Shown: positions 1-14,300 of the stretch, piece by piece | Layout: every line of letters starts with the position of its first letter | How positions within the stretch are numbered: position 1 is the first letter of the stretch | Origin: Deltaproteobacteria bacterium | Lineage (GTDB): Bacteria > Myxococcota > Kuafuiibacteriia > Kuafuiibacteriales > Kuafuiibacteriaceae | DNA: 64,000 nucleotides | Direction of reading: 5' to 3' | Assembly: GCA_040218735.1 (NCBI GenBank) | Contig: JAVJQW010000046.1 | Location: 288,001 to 352,000 of the forward strand | Notes under the pieces: model-generated | Databases searched by the model: none | The model's input: only the letters and a program-made list of their open reading frames with translations | Told to the model about the DNA's origin: nothing | Program-made: the position numbers and the translations under genes

Positions 1-1646
1 GCGTCGTCGTTCGGCTCGGTCTTGCCGACCGTCTGCGAGATCGTGACGGTCTGCTCGGCCATGCCGCCGGCGCTCGTCGCGACGAGGCGGAACGTCGTGC
101 TCGCGCTGACGCTCACCGCGTAGGTGCCCGTCGCGTCGATCGCGGTGGTCGGCGTGCCGACGCCGGGGAAGCTCGAGTCCAGCGCGCCGTCGATGTACAG
201 CTCGAGCGCGAAGGTGTCCGAGACGTCGAAGCTCACCGTCGCGGTGACCGTGCCCTGGAACGTGCCGGGCGCGACCGTGAAGGCGTTGATCGCGGGCGCC
301 GCGTGACCGTTGACCACGAGCATCTGCATCGACGTGCCCGTCGTGTTGGTCGCCTCGAGGAGGTACGCGGTGGTGGCCGTGTTGATCGTCTCGGTGAGCA
401 TGTCGGTGCCCATCGTGCCGGTGTAGATCTCCGTCGCGTTGCGCAGGACACGAACCGAGTCCGCGCCGACGACGTCGAAGCTCACGACCGTCGTCGCGCC
501 GATGCCCACCGGGTTCGGCGTGGCCGAGAAGTCGAGGATCGCGGGCGACGCCGCGTTGACCGTGACGGTCACCATCGCGGGGACGTCCGGGTTGCTGCCG
601 TCCGACGCGGTCAGCGTGTACGTCGTGGTGGTTAGCGGGCGGAGGGCGATCATGCCCATGAGGTCCGTGCTCGTGGTGGTCGTCGCGGCGCCGTCGCTGA
701 TCGTGATCGTCGTGGCGTTGCTGACGTCCCAGCTCAGCGTGGTCTCCTCACCGAGGTTGATCGTCGTCGGGTTCGCCGTGAACGCGTTGATCGCGGGGCC
801 CTGCGGCGGGTTCACGGTCACCATCGCGGTGCCCATCGCCGTGCCGTTCGGGTTGGTCGCGACGAGCGTGTACGTCTCGGTCGCGGCGGGCGAGACCATG
901 ACGTTCGCCATCAGACCGCTGTCGTTGTAGACCTCCGTGCCGTTCGAGTCGGTGACGGTCACGTTGTCCGCGTTGGCGACGTCCCAGGAGAGCGTCGAGC
1001 TGTCGCCCGGGTCGATCGTCGTCGGGCGCGCCATGAAGCTGTTCACGACGGGGTTCGGATCGACGGTGACCGTGACGGTCTGCATCGCCGTGCCGCCCGC
1101 GCCCGTCGCGACGAGCTCGTAGCTGGTGGTGTCCGCCGGCATCACGACCTGCGTGCCGGTGGCGGGACCCGCGTCGACGAGCGTGTTGCCGCCGGCGGTG
1201 ATGGTCACGCTGTCCGCGTTCATCGTGGTCCAGGAGAGGGTCGACGAAGCGCCGGGTGCGATCGTCGCCGGGCTGGCCGAGAACGCGGTGATCATCGGCA
1301 TGTTGTTGTTCGCCATGACGGTGACCATCACGCTGCGGGACACGGGGCCCCCGGGGCCGGCCGCGGTCAGCGTGAACTTCGTGTCGCCGGTGAGCGCCGC
1401 GCTGGTGGCGGAGCCGGTGGCGTCGGTCGTGTTGACCAGCTCACCGCCGGGCTCGGCGGTAATCGTGATCTGCGTCGCGTTGGTGGTAGTCCACGCGAGG
1501 TTGGTGGTTCCGCCAGACGCGACCATGAGCGGCGTGGCGGTGAAGGCCGAAATCGCCACGTCCCCGTCGCTGCCGCCGCTACAGGCGCCCAACGCGAGAA
1601 CGAGCGAGACCGGAACGAGACATGTGCGTGCGTATCGTTTGTTCAT
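1..1646 (-). CDS. Surface lipoprotein with tandem Ig-like beta-sandwich repeats (3' end runs off the window); paralog of 1749-4478
   Basis: Absent from the ORF track because there is no stop in the window. Manual translation from ATG 1646 (GGGGAGA RBS upstream) gives MNKRYARTCLVPVSLVLALGA-C (lipobox), then about six repeats of 'I..F.A.P..I..G...TLSW...NA..V.I...YTL.A', ending in TEPNDDA like the neighbour's EPNDDA. Confidence 0.85.
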   Translation of the reverse strand, partial: MNKRYARTCLVPVSLVLALGACSGGSDGDVAISAFTATPLMVASGGTTNLAWTTTNATQITITAEPGGELVNTTDATGSATSAALTGDTKFTLTAAGPGGPVSRSVMVTVMANNNMPMITAFSASPATIAPGASSTLSWTTMNADSVTITAGGNTLVDAGPATGTQVVMPADTTSYELVATGAGGTAMQTVTVTVDPNPVVNSFMARPTTIDPGDSSTLSWDVANADNVTVTDSNGTEVYNDSGLMANVMVSPAATETYTLVATNPNGTAMGTAMVTVNPPQGPAINAFTANPTTINLGEETTLSWDVSNATTITISDGAATTTTSTDLMGMIALRPLTTTTYTLTASDGSNPDVPAMVTVTVNAASPAILDFSATPNPVGIGATTVVSFDVVGADSVRVLRNATEIYTGTMGTDMLTETINTATTAYLLEATNTTGTSMQMLVVNGHAAPAINAFTVAPGTFQGTVTATVSFDVSDTFALELYIDGALDSSFPGVGTPTTAIDATGTYAVSVSASTTFRLVATSAGGMAEQTVTISQTVGKTEPNDD

Positions 1647-1748
1647 CGAATCTCCCCCGAAAAGTCTCCGGAAGGCGGGAATATAGGGATGGGACCCTAT
1701 GTTGGCTACCCTTTTCCCACCCCCTGGCCCGGGGTCCGGGGGGTGTGA

Positions 1749-4477
1749 TCAGGGGTCGAGTCGGAGCTCGAGGAAGTAGCTCGTCGTCCCGGTGTCCTGC
1801 CAACCCTGCACGCGGATGAAGTACGTCGCGCCGGCCGGTCCGCCGGCCACCAGGACGTCCGTGAGCGCCGAGCACCAGACGTTGTTGGCGTTGTCGACGT
1901 CGTCGTTGAACGCCAGCTCGCCCATCATGGGCCCCGAGACCTCGGTACCCGCGGCCTCCAAGAACAGCCGCGTATCCGTCGTCCCGCTATCGCAGGACAT
2001 CGGCTGCCCCGCCGCCGAATAGGTGCGGGCGTTCAGCCGCAGCGTCGTGTTCGCCGGGACCGTGAAGCTGTAGACGTCGTCGTCGCCCGAGGGGGTGTTC
2101 GCCCCCTCGACGTTCGCCAGTCCAGCCCCGGACAGACCGGAGCTGTTGGCGGTCGCTTGTGTGCCGTTGGGCTCGATCTCGGGGAACAGCCCGCTCTCGA
2201 GCTGGCAGCTCGCATCACAGCCGTCCCCCGCGACCTGGTTGTTGTCGTCGCACTGCTCGCCCGCGAGCGACTCCCGGATCCCGTTGCCACACGACGGATC
2301 ACGCACGTTCACCACGACTTCGACCGGGCCGGTGGCGGCGTTCTCCGAACGCACGAGGATGTAGTGCCGCTCCATCGGGCGGTTCAGCGAGAAGGTGTCG
2401 TTCGGGTAGCGAATCGCGCCGCACGTGCCGGCGGCGCCGGTCGGGCCGCCGCCCGCCGCCGTGCCGACGAGCCCGTCGCTCCCATACAGATCCACGGCCG
2501 TGTCGACCGCATCGCAGGTGTCCCCGGCGCCCGTCGCGCGCGCGGCGATCGCCTGCCCGGCGCGGTCGGGGTCCACCGCAATGACGCCGAAGCCCCCGTT
2601 CAGGTTCACCGTCACGGTGGTCGGCGTCATGTTCGGGGTCACCGCCGGTCCGTGTTCGAACATGCAGCTCGCGTCGCAGCCGTCCCCGCCGATCTGGTTG
2701 CCGTCGTCGCACTGCTCGCCGGCTTCGAGCGAGCCGTCGCCGCAGCTCGGCCCGCGGACCTCGGTGGTCAGCACGTAAGCGCCCATCCCCGCGCCGCCGC
2801 TGTCGACGACGAGGAAGTAGCGCCCCTCGGGGAGCGCCGCGGCGAGCAGGTCCGTCGCCGGGTCGATGCGCGAGCAGGTGTCGAGCCCGTCGTCGTCGTC
2901 GAAGACGAGCGGGGAAGTGCCGTCGGTGTCGAACAGCGTGAGCTGCGTGTCGACGCCGCAGTAGGTCGGCCCGTTGCTCGTCTGCGCGAAGACCGCGCCC
3001 CCCTCCGGCACGTCGACCGCGTAGACGTCGACGTCCGAAGCGTCCGCGAGCGCGGCCGCGACGTCACGACCCGCGAGCACCATCGCGGAGCCCGCGTCGT
3101 CGTTCGGCTCGATCTCCGCCACGCCGTTGACCACGGTCTGGTACGCGCGCACGTCGCCGGCGCCGCTGCTCGCGACCAACGTGTACGTCGTCGTCACCGA
3201 CGCGGTCGCGGTGACCATCCCGGCCGCGTCCGTCGTGGACGTCGTCCGATCGATCGGCGTGAAGCCGGGCACCGGCGCGCCGTTGGCGAGCAGGTCGAGG
3301 CGCGCGACGTCCGTCGTGGCGTAGTCGAGGGTGATGCTCGTGCTCGCCGCAATGAGCTGCGGCGTCGCGGTGAACGTCGTGACCTGCGGCGCGAGGTGTC
3401 CGTACACGTCGACCTGCGCGGTCGCGCTACCGAAGGTGTTGTCGGCGACCAGCGTGAACTGGGTCGCCGTCGCGGTGACGACCACGTCGGTGCTCCCCAT
3501 CCGCGGGCCGTCCGTCTCGTTGAAGACGACGACACCCCGCGCCGAGATCGACAACGCACGCGCCTCGTCGACCTCCCAGGACAACGTCACGCGGTCGCCA
3601 ATCGCGAGCGGGTTCGGGCTCGCCTCGAACCGCACGACGTTCGGCGCGGCCGGCGGCCGAATCGCGATCGACACGGAGGCGGTCGCAGTCCCGGCGTCGT
3701 TGCGGGCGGTGAGGAAGTAGTCGGTGTCGGCGGTCGGCGACACCTGCTGCATCGCCGTGAGCATGGCGCCCGAGTAGATCTCCGCGCCCTCCGCGGTCCG
3801 GATCGTCACGGCATTGGCGTTCAACACCTCCCACGCGAGCCGCGCCGACTCACCGGCGAAGATCGTCTCGGGCCGCGCCTCGAACGTGGAGACCGTCGGC
3901 GGCGTCCCCACGACGATCACGTCCGTGGTCTCCGTGATCTCTCCGCCCGGACCGCGCGCGGTGAGGGTGTACGTCTGCGAGCGCGCCGGCTCGACCGGCA
4001 TCGTGTCGTCGGGCGACCCCGCCTCGACGATCGTGTTGCCGTCGCCGTCGACGATGTCGACCTCGGTCGCGTTGGACGTCGCCCACCTGAGCAGCGTGCG
4101 CTCGCCTTCGTCGATCTCCATCGGCGCCGCCGTGAACTCGTCGACGACGGGCGCCGGAAAGTTCACGCGCACCAGGACACTCGCGCCGATCTCCGCTCCG
4201 TCCAGGCCCGTCGCGCGCAGCACGAACACGGTGTGGTCGTCGATCGCGTTGGTCTCGATCGAACCCTCCGGCTTCGGGCTGTCGGTCAGGAGGTTCGACG
4301 CCCCCTGCGGCGCGATCGAGATCGTCGACACCCGCGCCACGTTCCAGCTGAGCGTCGTCTTCGCGCCGGGTTCGACGAGCAGCTCCGCCGCCGAGAAGTC
4401 CACGATCTCGGGGCCCGTCGGGTCGGAGCCCGACGAACACGCGAAGAGCAGGGCGAAGACAGGTGCGAACCGGCGCA

Positions 4478-4478
<1 letters not shown>
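1749..4478 (-). CDS. Lipoprotein with Ig-like repeats, PPC-like domains and Myxococcus Cys-rich (DUF4215-type) repeats
   Basis: Lipobox LLFA-C; FxAxP..LSW repeats; EPND...DVDVY PPC-like motif; two CGDG/CGNG...GEQCDDxN...GDGCDASC repeats; ATG overlaps the glmS stop (TGATG). Confidence 0.85.
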
Positions 4479-6310
<1,832 letters not shown>

Positions 6311-6325
6311 GTTGTCGCCCTGAAC

Positions 6326-7732
6326 TTACTTCTTCGCGCGCTTCTTGGCATCCGCTCTGAGCGGCGCCGCACGCCCTTGTTTGTTGACCTGACGGGCCCG
6401 CCCGAAGGCGAGGTCGTCCTTGCCGACCGCGTCCGTGATCGTGCTCCCCGCCGCCACGTAGGCCCCCTTGCCGATCTTCACCGGCGCCACGAGCGTCCCG
6501 TTCGAGCCGATGAAGACCCCCTCGCCGATGTCCGTGAGGTGTTTGCCGTACCCATCGTAGTTGCAGGTGATCGTCCCCGCGCCGATGTTGCTCTTCGCGC
6601 CGACCACCGCGTCGCCGAGGTACGCGAGGTGGTTGGCCTTCGCGCCCTTGCCGAGCTTCGTCTTCTTCACCTCGACGAAGTTGCCCACGTGTGCGTCCTC
6701 GCCGATCTCCGCGCCCGGGCGCAGCCGCGAGAACGGGCCGACGATCGCGGCCTTCTTTACGGTCGCATCCTCGAACACGGAGTAGGGTTTGATCGTCACG
6801 CCGTCCGCGACCTTGGAGTCGGTGATCACCGAGCCCACGTCGACGTGGCAGCCCTTGCCGATCACCGTCGCACCCCTCAGGTGCACGCCGGGCTCCACGA
6901 TCGTGTCCTTCCCGATCTTCACGCGCGGCCCGATGTACGTGTTCGCCGGGTCGACGATCGAGACGCCCGCGTCCATGTGCGCGAGGTTCGTGCGCTGCCT
7001 GAGCAACGTGGTGAGCTCCGCGAGCTCGCTGCGGCGGTTGGCGCCGCGGACCTCCTCCGCGTCGGCGAGCACCGAGCCGACGGTGAGCCCGTCGCCGATC
7101 GCAAACGCCACGATGTCGGTGAGGTAGAACTCGTTTTGGGCGTTGTCGCTCTTGAGGCGCTTGAGCGAGCGCGCGAGGAACCCGGCCTCCACGAGGTAGA
7201 TACCCGCGTTCACCTCCGAGATCTTCCGTTGCTCGGGCGTCGCGTCCTTCTCCTCGACGATGTGGATGAGGCGCCCCTGTTTGTCGCGGACGATGCGCCC
7301 GTAGCCGCGGGGGCGATCGAGCTCGGTGGTGATGAGGCCGATCTTCAGCTTCCGGCGCTGCATCTGCTGGCGCATCTTCTGGATGGTCGCCTTGGTCAGG
7401 AGCGGGACGTCCCCATACAGGATCAGGACGTGGCCGCTCTTCGCGTCGAGGCCCTGCATGCCGACCTTCGCGGCGTGGCCGGTCCCCTTCTGCTCGCGCT
7501 GGGTCTGAAACCCGATCCCGTCCCCGAAGCTCTCCCGCACCGCGGAGGCGACCTCGGCGCCGCCGTGGCCCACCACGACCACGGTCTGCTTGGCCTTGAG
7601 GGCCTGGGAGAGGCGGATCGCGTAGAAGACCATCGGCTCGCCGGCCAGTTGGTGCAGGACCTTCGGGCGGTCGGATTTCATGCGGGTGCCCTGTCCCGCG
7701 GCGAGGATGAGGGTGCGGATGTCTTCGGCCAT
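6326..7732 (-). CDS. glmU: Bifunctional UDP-GlcNAc pyrophosphorylase / glucosamine-1-P acetyltransferase
   Basis: LAAGQGTRMKS, YGDVPL, EFYLTD, hexapeptide repeats, GNFVEVK, HLAYLGDA, CNYDG; adjacent to glmS. Confidence 0.98.
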   Translation of the reverse strand: MAEDIRTLILAAGQGTRMKSDRPKVLHQLAGEPMVFYAIRLSQALKAKQTVVVVGHGGAEVASAVRESFGDGIGFQTQREQKGTGHAAKVGMQGLDAKSGHVLILYGDVPLLTKATIQKMRQQMQRRKLKIGLITTELDRPRGYGRIVRDKQGRLIHIVEEKDATPEQRKISEVNAGIYLVEAGFLARSLKRLKSDNAQNEFYLTDIVAFAIGDGLTVGSVLADAEEVRGANRRSELAELTTLLRQRTNLAHMDAGVSIVDPANTYIGPRVKIGKDTIVEPGVHLRGATVIGKGCHVDVGSVITDSKVADGVTIKPYSVFEDATVKKAAIVGPFSRLRPGAEIGEDAHVGNFVEVKKTKLGKGAKANHLAYLGDAVVGAKSNIGAGTITCNYDGYGKHLTDIGEGVFIGSNGTLVAPVKIGKGAYVAAGSTITDAVGKDDLAFGRARQVNKQGRAAPLRADAKKRAKK

Positions 7733-7807
7733 GGGTGCGGCCGGCACGCTTTCAGAAGCCCGGACGCCCGTCAACGATGGGGCGGGCTAGGGGGCTACGG
7801 GGCTCGC

Positions 7808-9178
7808 CTACGCCGAAGCGCGGGTGCGGAGAGCGGCGTTCCGTACGCGCCCCTCCACCTCGCTCGCCAGCCCGAGCCGCGCGGCGTGGCGCTTGGTCGC
7901 GTCGACCTGGATCCACGGCGCGCCCGGCGTGTGGGCGATGACCTCTTCGAAGCGCTCCTGCACGACGTCGTAGTTCGCGGCCGCGACGAAGTCGCCGACG
8001 TCGAGGGTCTCGCGGATCTCTTCGATCCCGGCGAGGCGCTCGGGCGTGAGGAGGCCTTCGCGGTCGAGCTGCTCCGCGAGGCGGTCCGCGATCGCGCGAC
8101 GCGCGAGGCGTTTGCCGAGGGTGCGCGCCTGCTTCTCGGGATCGGCGAACAGCTCGACGCTCAGCATGAGGACGCCTTCGTCCGCGAGGTCGCGCGACAG
8201 GTCGGCGACCTTCGCGCCGACGACGGCCGGTTCGAGCGGGCCGTAGACCGCGTCTCCGGCGGGCCCGCGATCCCAGAAGACGATCTCGCCGTCGCCCGGG
8301 AAGCCGCGCGTGAATCGTTCGAGGGGGGCGCTGCGCTCTTCGGGGTCGGGCGCTCGGAAGTGGATGTGTCGGGGCGCGTAGCCGGCCGCGACGAACGCGT
8401 CCATCACGAGCTTGCCGGTCGACGTCTTCCCGACGGCGTCCGCGCCCGCGATGTAGAGGACGACGCCACGCGGTGCTTCACCGGCGCGTTGGCGCTGCCG
8501 AATCACCTCCGTGAGCCGGGCCTGCATCGCCGCCATCTCGGCGTCCTTCTCCGCGCGGCGCAGCATGCGCTTCGGCGACTCGCCGCGCCGCACCGTGGCC
8601 TTCACCCCTATGAGATCGGTAGGGAGCGCGCGGGCCGGGAGGCCGGCGGTGCCCGCGGTGAACGCCTCGAGCACTTCGACGAACTTGTCTTCGAGCGCCG
8701 CGTAGTGGTCGGGCGCGAACATCGCGCCGCCGAGGGCGACGCCCTCCGCCGTGACGCGACCGCGGCGGGTTCGGCCGCTGAGCTCGACGTGCACCGCGCC
8801 CAGGCTCCCGAGCTGGGACGGCGTGAGCTTCGCGGTCGTGTCGCCGTTCTTCAGGACGCCGCGTCGGGTGCGCCGGAACCCCTGAGCGAGGAGCAGCGCT
8901 TCGAGATCCGCGACCCGGCCCGCGCCGCCGTCGCCCGCGGCGAGCCGCTCGGTCAGGGCGTCGAACGCGGCGACCGGCGTGGTACGGAGGCGGCCGACGA
9001 AGAGCGGAGAGCTCGCGCCGACCGTGCGCTGGTCGAACGTGGCCTGCGCCGCGAGCGCCGGGGGGACCGCGACATCGGGGGCCACGAGGCGGACAGGACG
9101 TGGCGTCGACGCTGCCGAGCTCCGTAGGCTCGCGATCAGTCGCGCCTCTGCGCCCGGGGTCGTGATCTTCAAGGCCAC
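7808..9178 (-). CDS. Divergent polyphosphate kinase 2 (PPK2)-like P-loop protein with long N-terminal extension
   Basis: VVLYIAGADAVGKT (Walker A-like), FRAPDPEER, FPGDGEIVFWDRG and C-terminal TPGAPW..VDA..RH.AR follow the PPK2 motif order; start uncertain (GTG 9178 chosen). Confidence 0.65.
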   Translation of the reverse strand: MALKITTPGAEARLIASLRSSAASTPRPVRLVAPDVAVPPALAAQATFDQRTVGASSPLFVGRLRTTPVAAFDALTERLAAGDGGAGRVADLEALLLAQGFRRTRRGVLKNGDTTAKLTPSQLGSLGAVHVELSGRTRRGRVTAEGVALGGAMFAPDHYAALEDKFVEVLEAFTAGTAGLPARALPTDLIGVKATVRRGESPKRMLRRAEKDAEMAAMQARLTEVIRQRQRAGEAPRGVVLYIAGADAVGKTSTGKLVMDAFVAAGYAPRHIHFRAPDPEERSAPLERFTRGFPGDGEIVFWDRGPAGDAVYGPLEPAVVGAKVADLSRDLADEGVLMLSVELFADPEKQARTLGKRLARRAIADRLAEQLDREGLLTPERLAGIEEIRETLDVGDFVAAANYDVVQERFEEVIAHTPGAPWIQVDATKRHAARLGLASEVEGRVRNAALRTRASA

Positions 9179-9312
9179 GATCGTTATCGCCCCGCCCACC
9201 GCAGGCGTTGCGCGAAGGCGCACGGCGCGCGGCGCACCTTCGTATTCTCGTCGCGGTGGGCCCCGCCGGCCGGAAACTTGCTGGGTATCGGGCCCCGGGT
9301 GACATTTGCGAG

Positions 9313-11055
<1,743 letters not shown>

Positions 11056-11346
11056 GCTCCGCGGCGAGCGCGGCGAGATCCTCGCCAGGACCGCGCGAAG
11101 CACAGCTCGGACCCGCCCACATTTCAGAGGTGAACCGGGGTCCGTCACCTGCGCCCAAATCCCCGGAATCATGACCTCGTGGGAAGTTTCGCCTCAAGCT
11201 GAACCAGCAAAACGCCGACCCTCATCGATGAAGGAAACGTCGCGGCACGATGCCGTGGCGTTCCGGAACACACGCGTCGAATCGAGCTGTCGAGACGGAG
11301 TCCGCCCCGTGACGCACCAGCTCGTCGTGCGGGTGGGGGGACCTCG

Positions 11347-14300
11347 ATGCTCGACTGGACCACACTCTACGCACTGACGGCCGCGCTCACCGCGCAAGCT
11401 ACGTTGCAGCCGGATCAGCTCGATCTCCTCCGCAACACCGACACGACGCCCCAGATTCAGCTCGTCCTCGATTCGTCGGGTTCGATGAGCACGACGATGC
11501 TCCCGACCCCCGCGTGCCCGTACTACGCGGACCTCTTCCTGACGCCTCAGGATCCCGCGTGCGCGCGGTGCTCGAGCTGCATGGCGGACGCGGGCTGCCG
11601 CTTCTCTCGCATGGACATGCTCAAGGCGTCGCTGACCGGCTGCGCAAACGTCGCAGACGGCGTGCTCGACCAGTGGGCGACGCGCGCTCTCTTCGCGATG
11701 CGCGTCTTCGGTACGGGCGGCAACGACGGCCTCACGCCGAACGGAGGCTTCGACACCAGCCGCGGCAATATCGCGGGCCTGAAGAGCGACGTCCTGGCGC
11801 TCACTCCGAACGGGCAGACTCCGCTCGGTCTCCAGTACGCAGCCGCGGGCGCCTACGTCGCCGACGACTCGACTGGGTTCTTCTCCTACGACGGCGACCC
11901 GACGACGCCCCAGTGCTCTCCGACGTCGCCGGGCGGCGCTTGTAACAACACACTCGAGTGCCGTCAGAACTACATCGTCGTGCTGAGCGATGGTGCCTCG
12001 AACGGGCCCCCCAGTACCTACGATTTCGTTGCGGCGAACCCATCGGTGACCGTGAACGATCTATCGGACCCCGCTCCTTACACGGATCTCGCAGCCCGCT
12101 ATATGGTACGGGACGTCGCGAGCCCCGCGGGCGCGCTCATCGATGTGATGGGCAAGGTCGCTGGGTCGCAGCAGATCCGAACCTACAGCATCGCATTCGA
12201 CGCTCCCTCCAACGCCCAGCAGCTACTCAGCGACATGGCGACCGAGGGCGACGGCGCCTATCACGACGCGACCAGCTACGCGGCGCTGAACGACGCGTTC
12301 ATCGACATCTTCACGAGCATCATCGCGCGCTCGAGCGTCGTCTTCTCGGCGGGGACGGTGCAGCCGGAAGGGTTCTTCTCGGGGAACTTCGTTTATGTGA
12401 GCTCGTTTCGGCCATTCGAAGATGGGTACTGGCCGGGCACGACCAAGAAATACTGTGTCGATCCCAACGAACCACCCATCTTGGATCCCGCGAACACCGA
12501 ATGTATGTTCCTCCGGGTCCCCGCGACGCCGACGGGCCAGCTCTTCACGAACCCGGCGCCGGTCGATCGGTGGACGCTCACCGCCCAGGCGTCCGCGACC
12601 GTCGGGGGATCGGGAGCTCGCATCGCCGCCGCCATGGGTGCGAACCCGACGACCCCCTACCAGTTCCCTGGCTCGGCGGGCTGCCCGAGCTGCTCTCCCG
12701 CCGTCGCTCCGCAGCCCGGGAGCCCCTACGGAGGCCGGCGTGTACTCACTTGGGAGCCAGGTAAGAACAACTACCTCGAAATCACGGACTCGACCTTCGC
12801 GCCGCCGTCGTTCTCGAGGAGCTCGGGCGCATGCAATCACGCGCGCCTGATCAACAAACTCTACGGCTACACCGATGAGGTGCGCGGACCCGGATGTTCG
12901 GGGAACGACCTTTGGCCGGCCGCGTACGACGTCTGGCCCGTCGGGGACACGGTGAACGGTTCCGCCACGATGATCGCGTACTCGAATGACTGCGAGACCG
13001 CCGGGAACTGCTACATCGCCGTGAACGCCAACGACGGCGCCATGCACTTCCTCGACGCGGCGACCGGCGACGAGATCAGTATGGTCATCCCAGGGAACTT
13101 CTTCGTGGGTGACCAATCCGTCACGAACGAGATGTCCCAACTCATGGACCAGCCGAACGGTCAGTCGATGCGCCGATATTATTTCGACGGTAAGTCACGC
13201 CTGTACCACGAAGACTCGAACGCCAACGGGTATATCGACGCCAGCGAGACTGCCTATTTCATCGCCGGTCTCGGTCGCGGCGGGAAGATGTATCTGCAGT
13301 GGGATATGAGTATGCCGGGCCAGCGATTCCACGGTGATCCGTTGGGTGGCGCCACGGCGCCCGCGACCGGGAGCCATCCACCCAGCGCGATCATGGTCGA
13401 CTCGAACACCGGCTTCGCCCACCTGCGGGACACTTGGGCCGCACCGTGGGTCGGACAGTTCGTGTCGACCGTCGATCAGGCGGCCCACCGCACCGCGATC
13501 TTCCCGTCGGGCCACACCGGTTCGGACGACGTCCTCCTCGGGACGTTCGCATCGACGCAACCGGGGCTGGGGCTGCCGCCCGACGACAACAACACCTACG
13601 ACGCCAACCCGGTGTGTTCGGACGTCGGCATCGCGCCCGAAGCGTGTGATCCCACGGTCGGGATCAACTCGATCTGCACGGCGTACGGCGTACCGACCTC
13701 GTACTGCGATTTTCAGACCTGCACGCCGGGTTACACGGGCGCGTTGTTCGCGAACAACGATCCCGCTGACAAACCTTGTTACGACGATCCGATCTGGGCG
13801 TCCCTCGCGGGGAGCGGCCCGAATCCGAATCCGCTCTACGGCGCCAACTTCGCACCCGGCTATGCGCGGTCGTTTGGTCCGTACAGCTTTGCGTCCGGAT
13901 CGCAGACCGGGCGCGCGTTCCGCCTCGTCTTCGCACGTCTCGATCTCCAGCCGGGCGATCGGTTCGAAATCCTCGACGACAGCAACACCGTCGTCGAAAC
14001 GTTCGACGGACCGCAGCCGACCGGCACGAGGACGCAGTGGGTTTACGGGAGCTCGTTCTCCTTCCGGTTGGTCACCGACGGTTCGGACTCCGGCCCCGCG
14101 AGCCTGTGGGCGATCGATCGCATCCACGTTCAGCGCACGGCCGCGCCGGGGAACATCACGGCCACGACGGAACCGACGGTGTTCTTCGTCGACCTCGACC
14201 GTGTGGCTTCGTACCCCTTTGCCGCCGTTCCGACCGACGACCGTCAGGGATCGGCGTTGCTCGCGCGCATCACACGCGACTGCTCGGGCACGGCGATCTC

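Noticed and set aside
1680-1746. Two short inverted repeats (ATAGGG..CCCTAT and a C-run/G-run hairpin) between the paralogous lipoprotein genes
   Set aside because: No U-tract on the coding strand, and short GC stems are expected by chance; cannot support a terminator or ncRNA call
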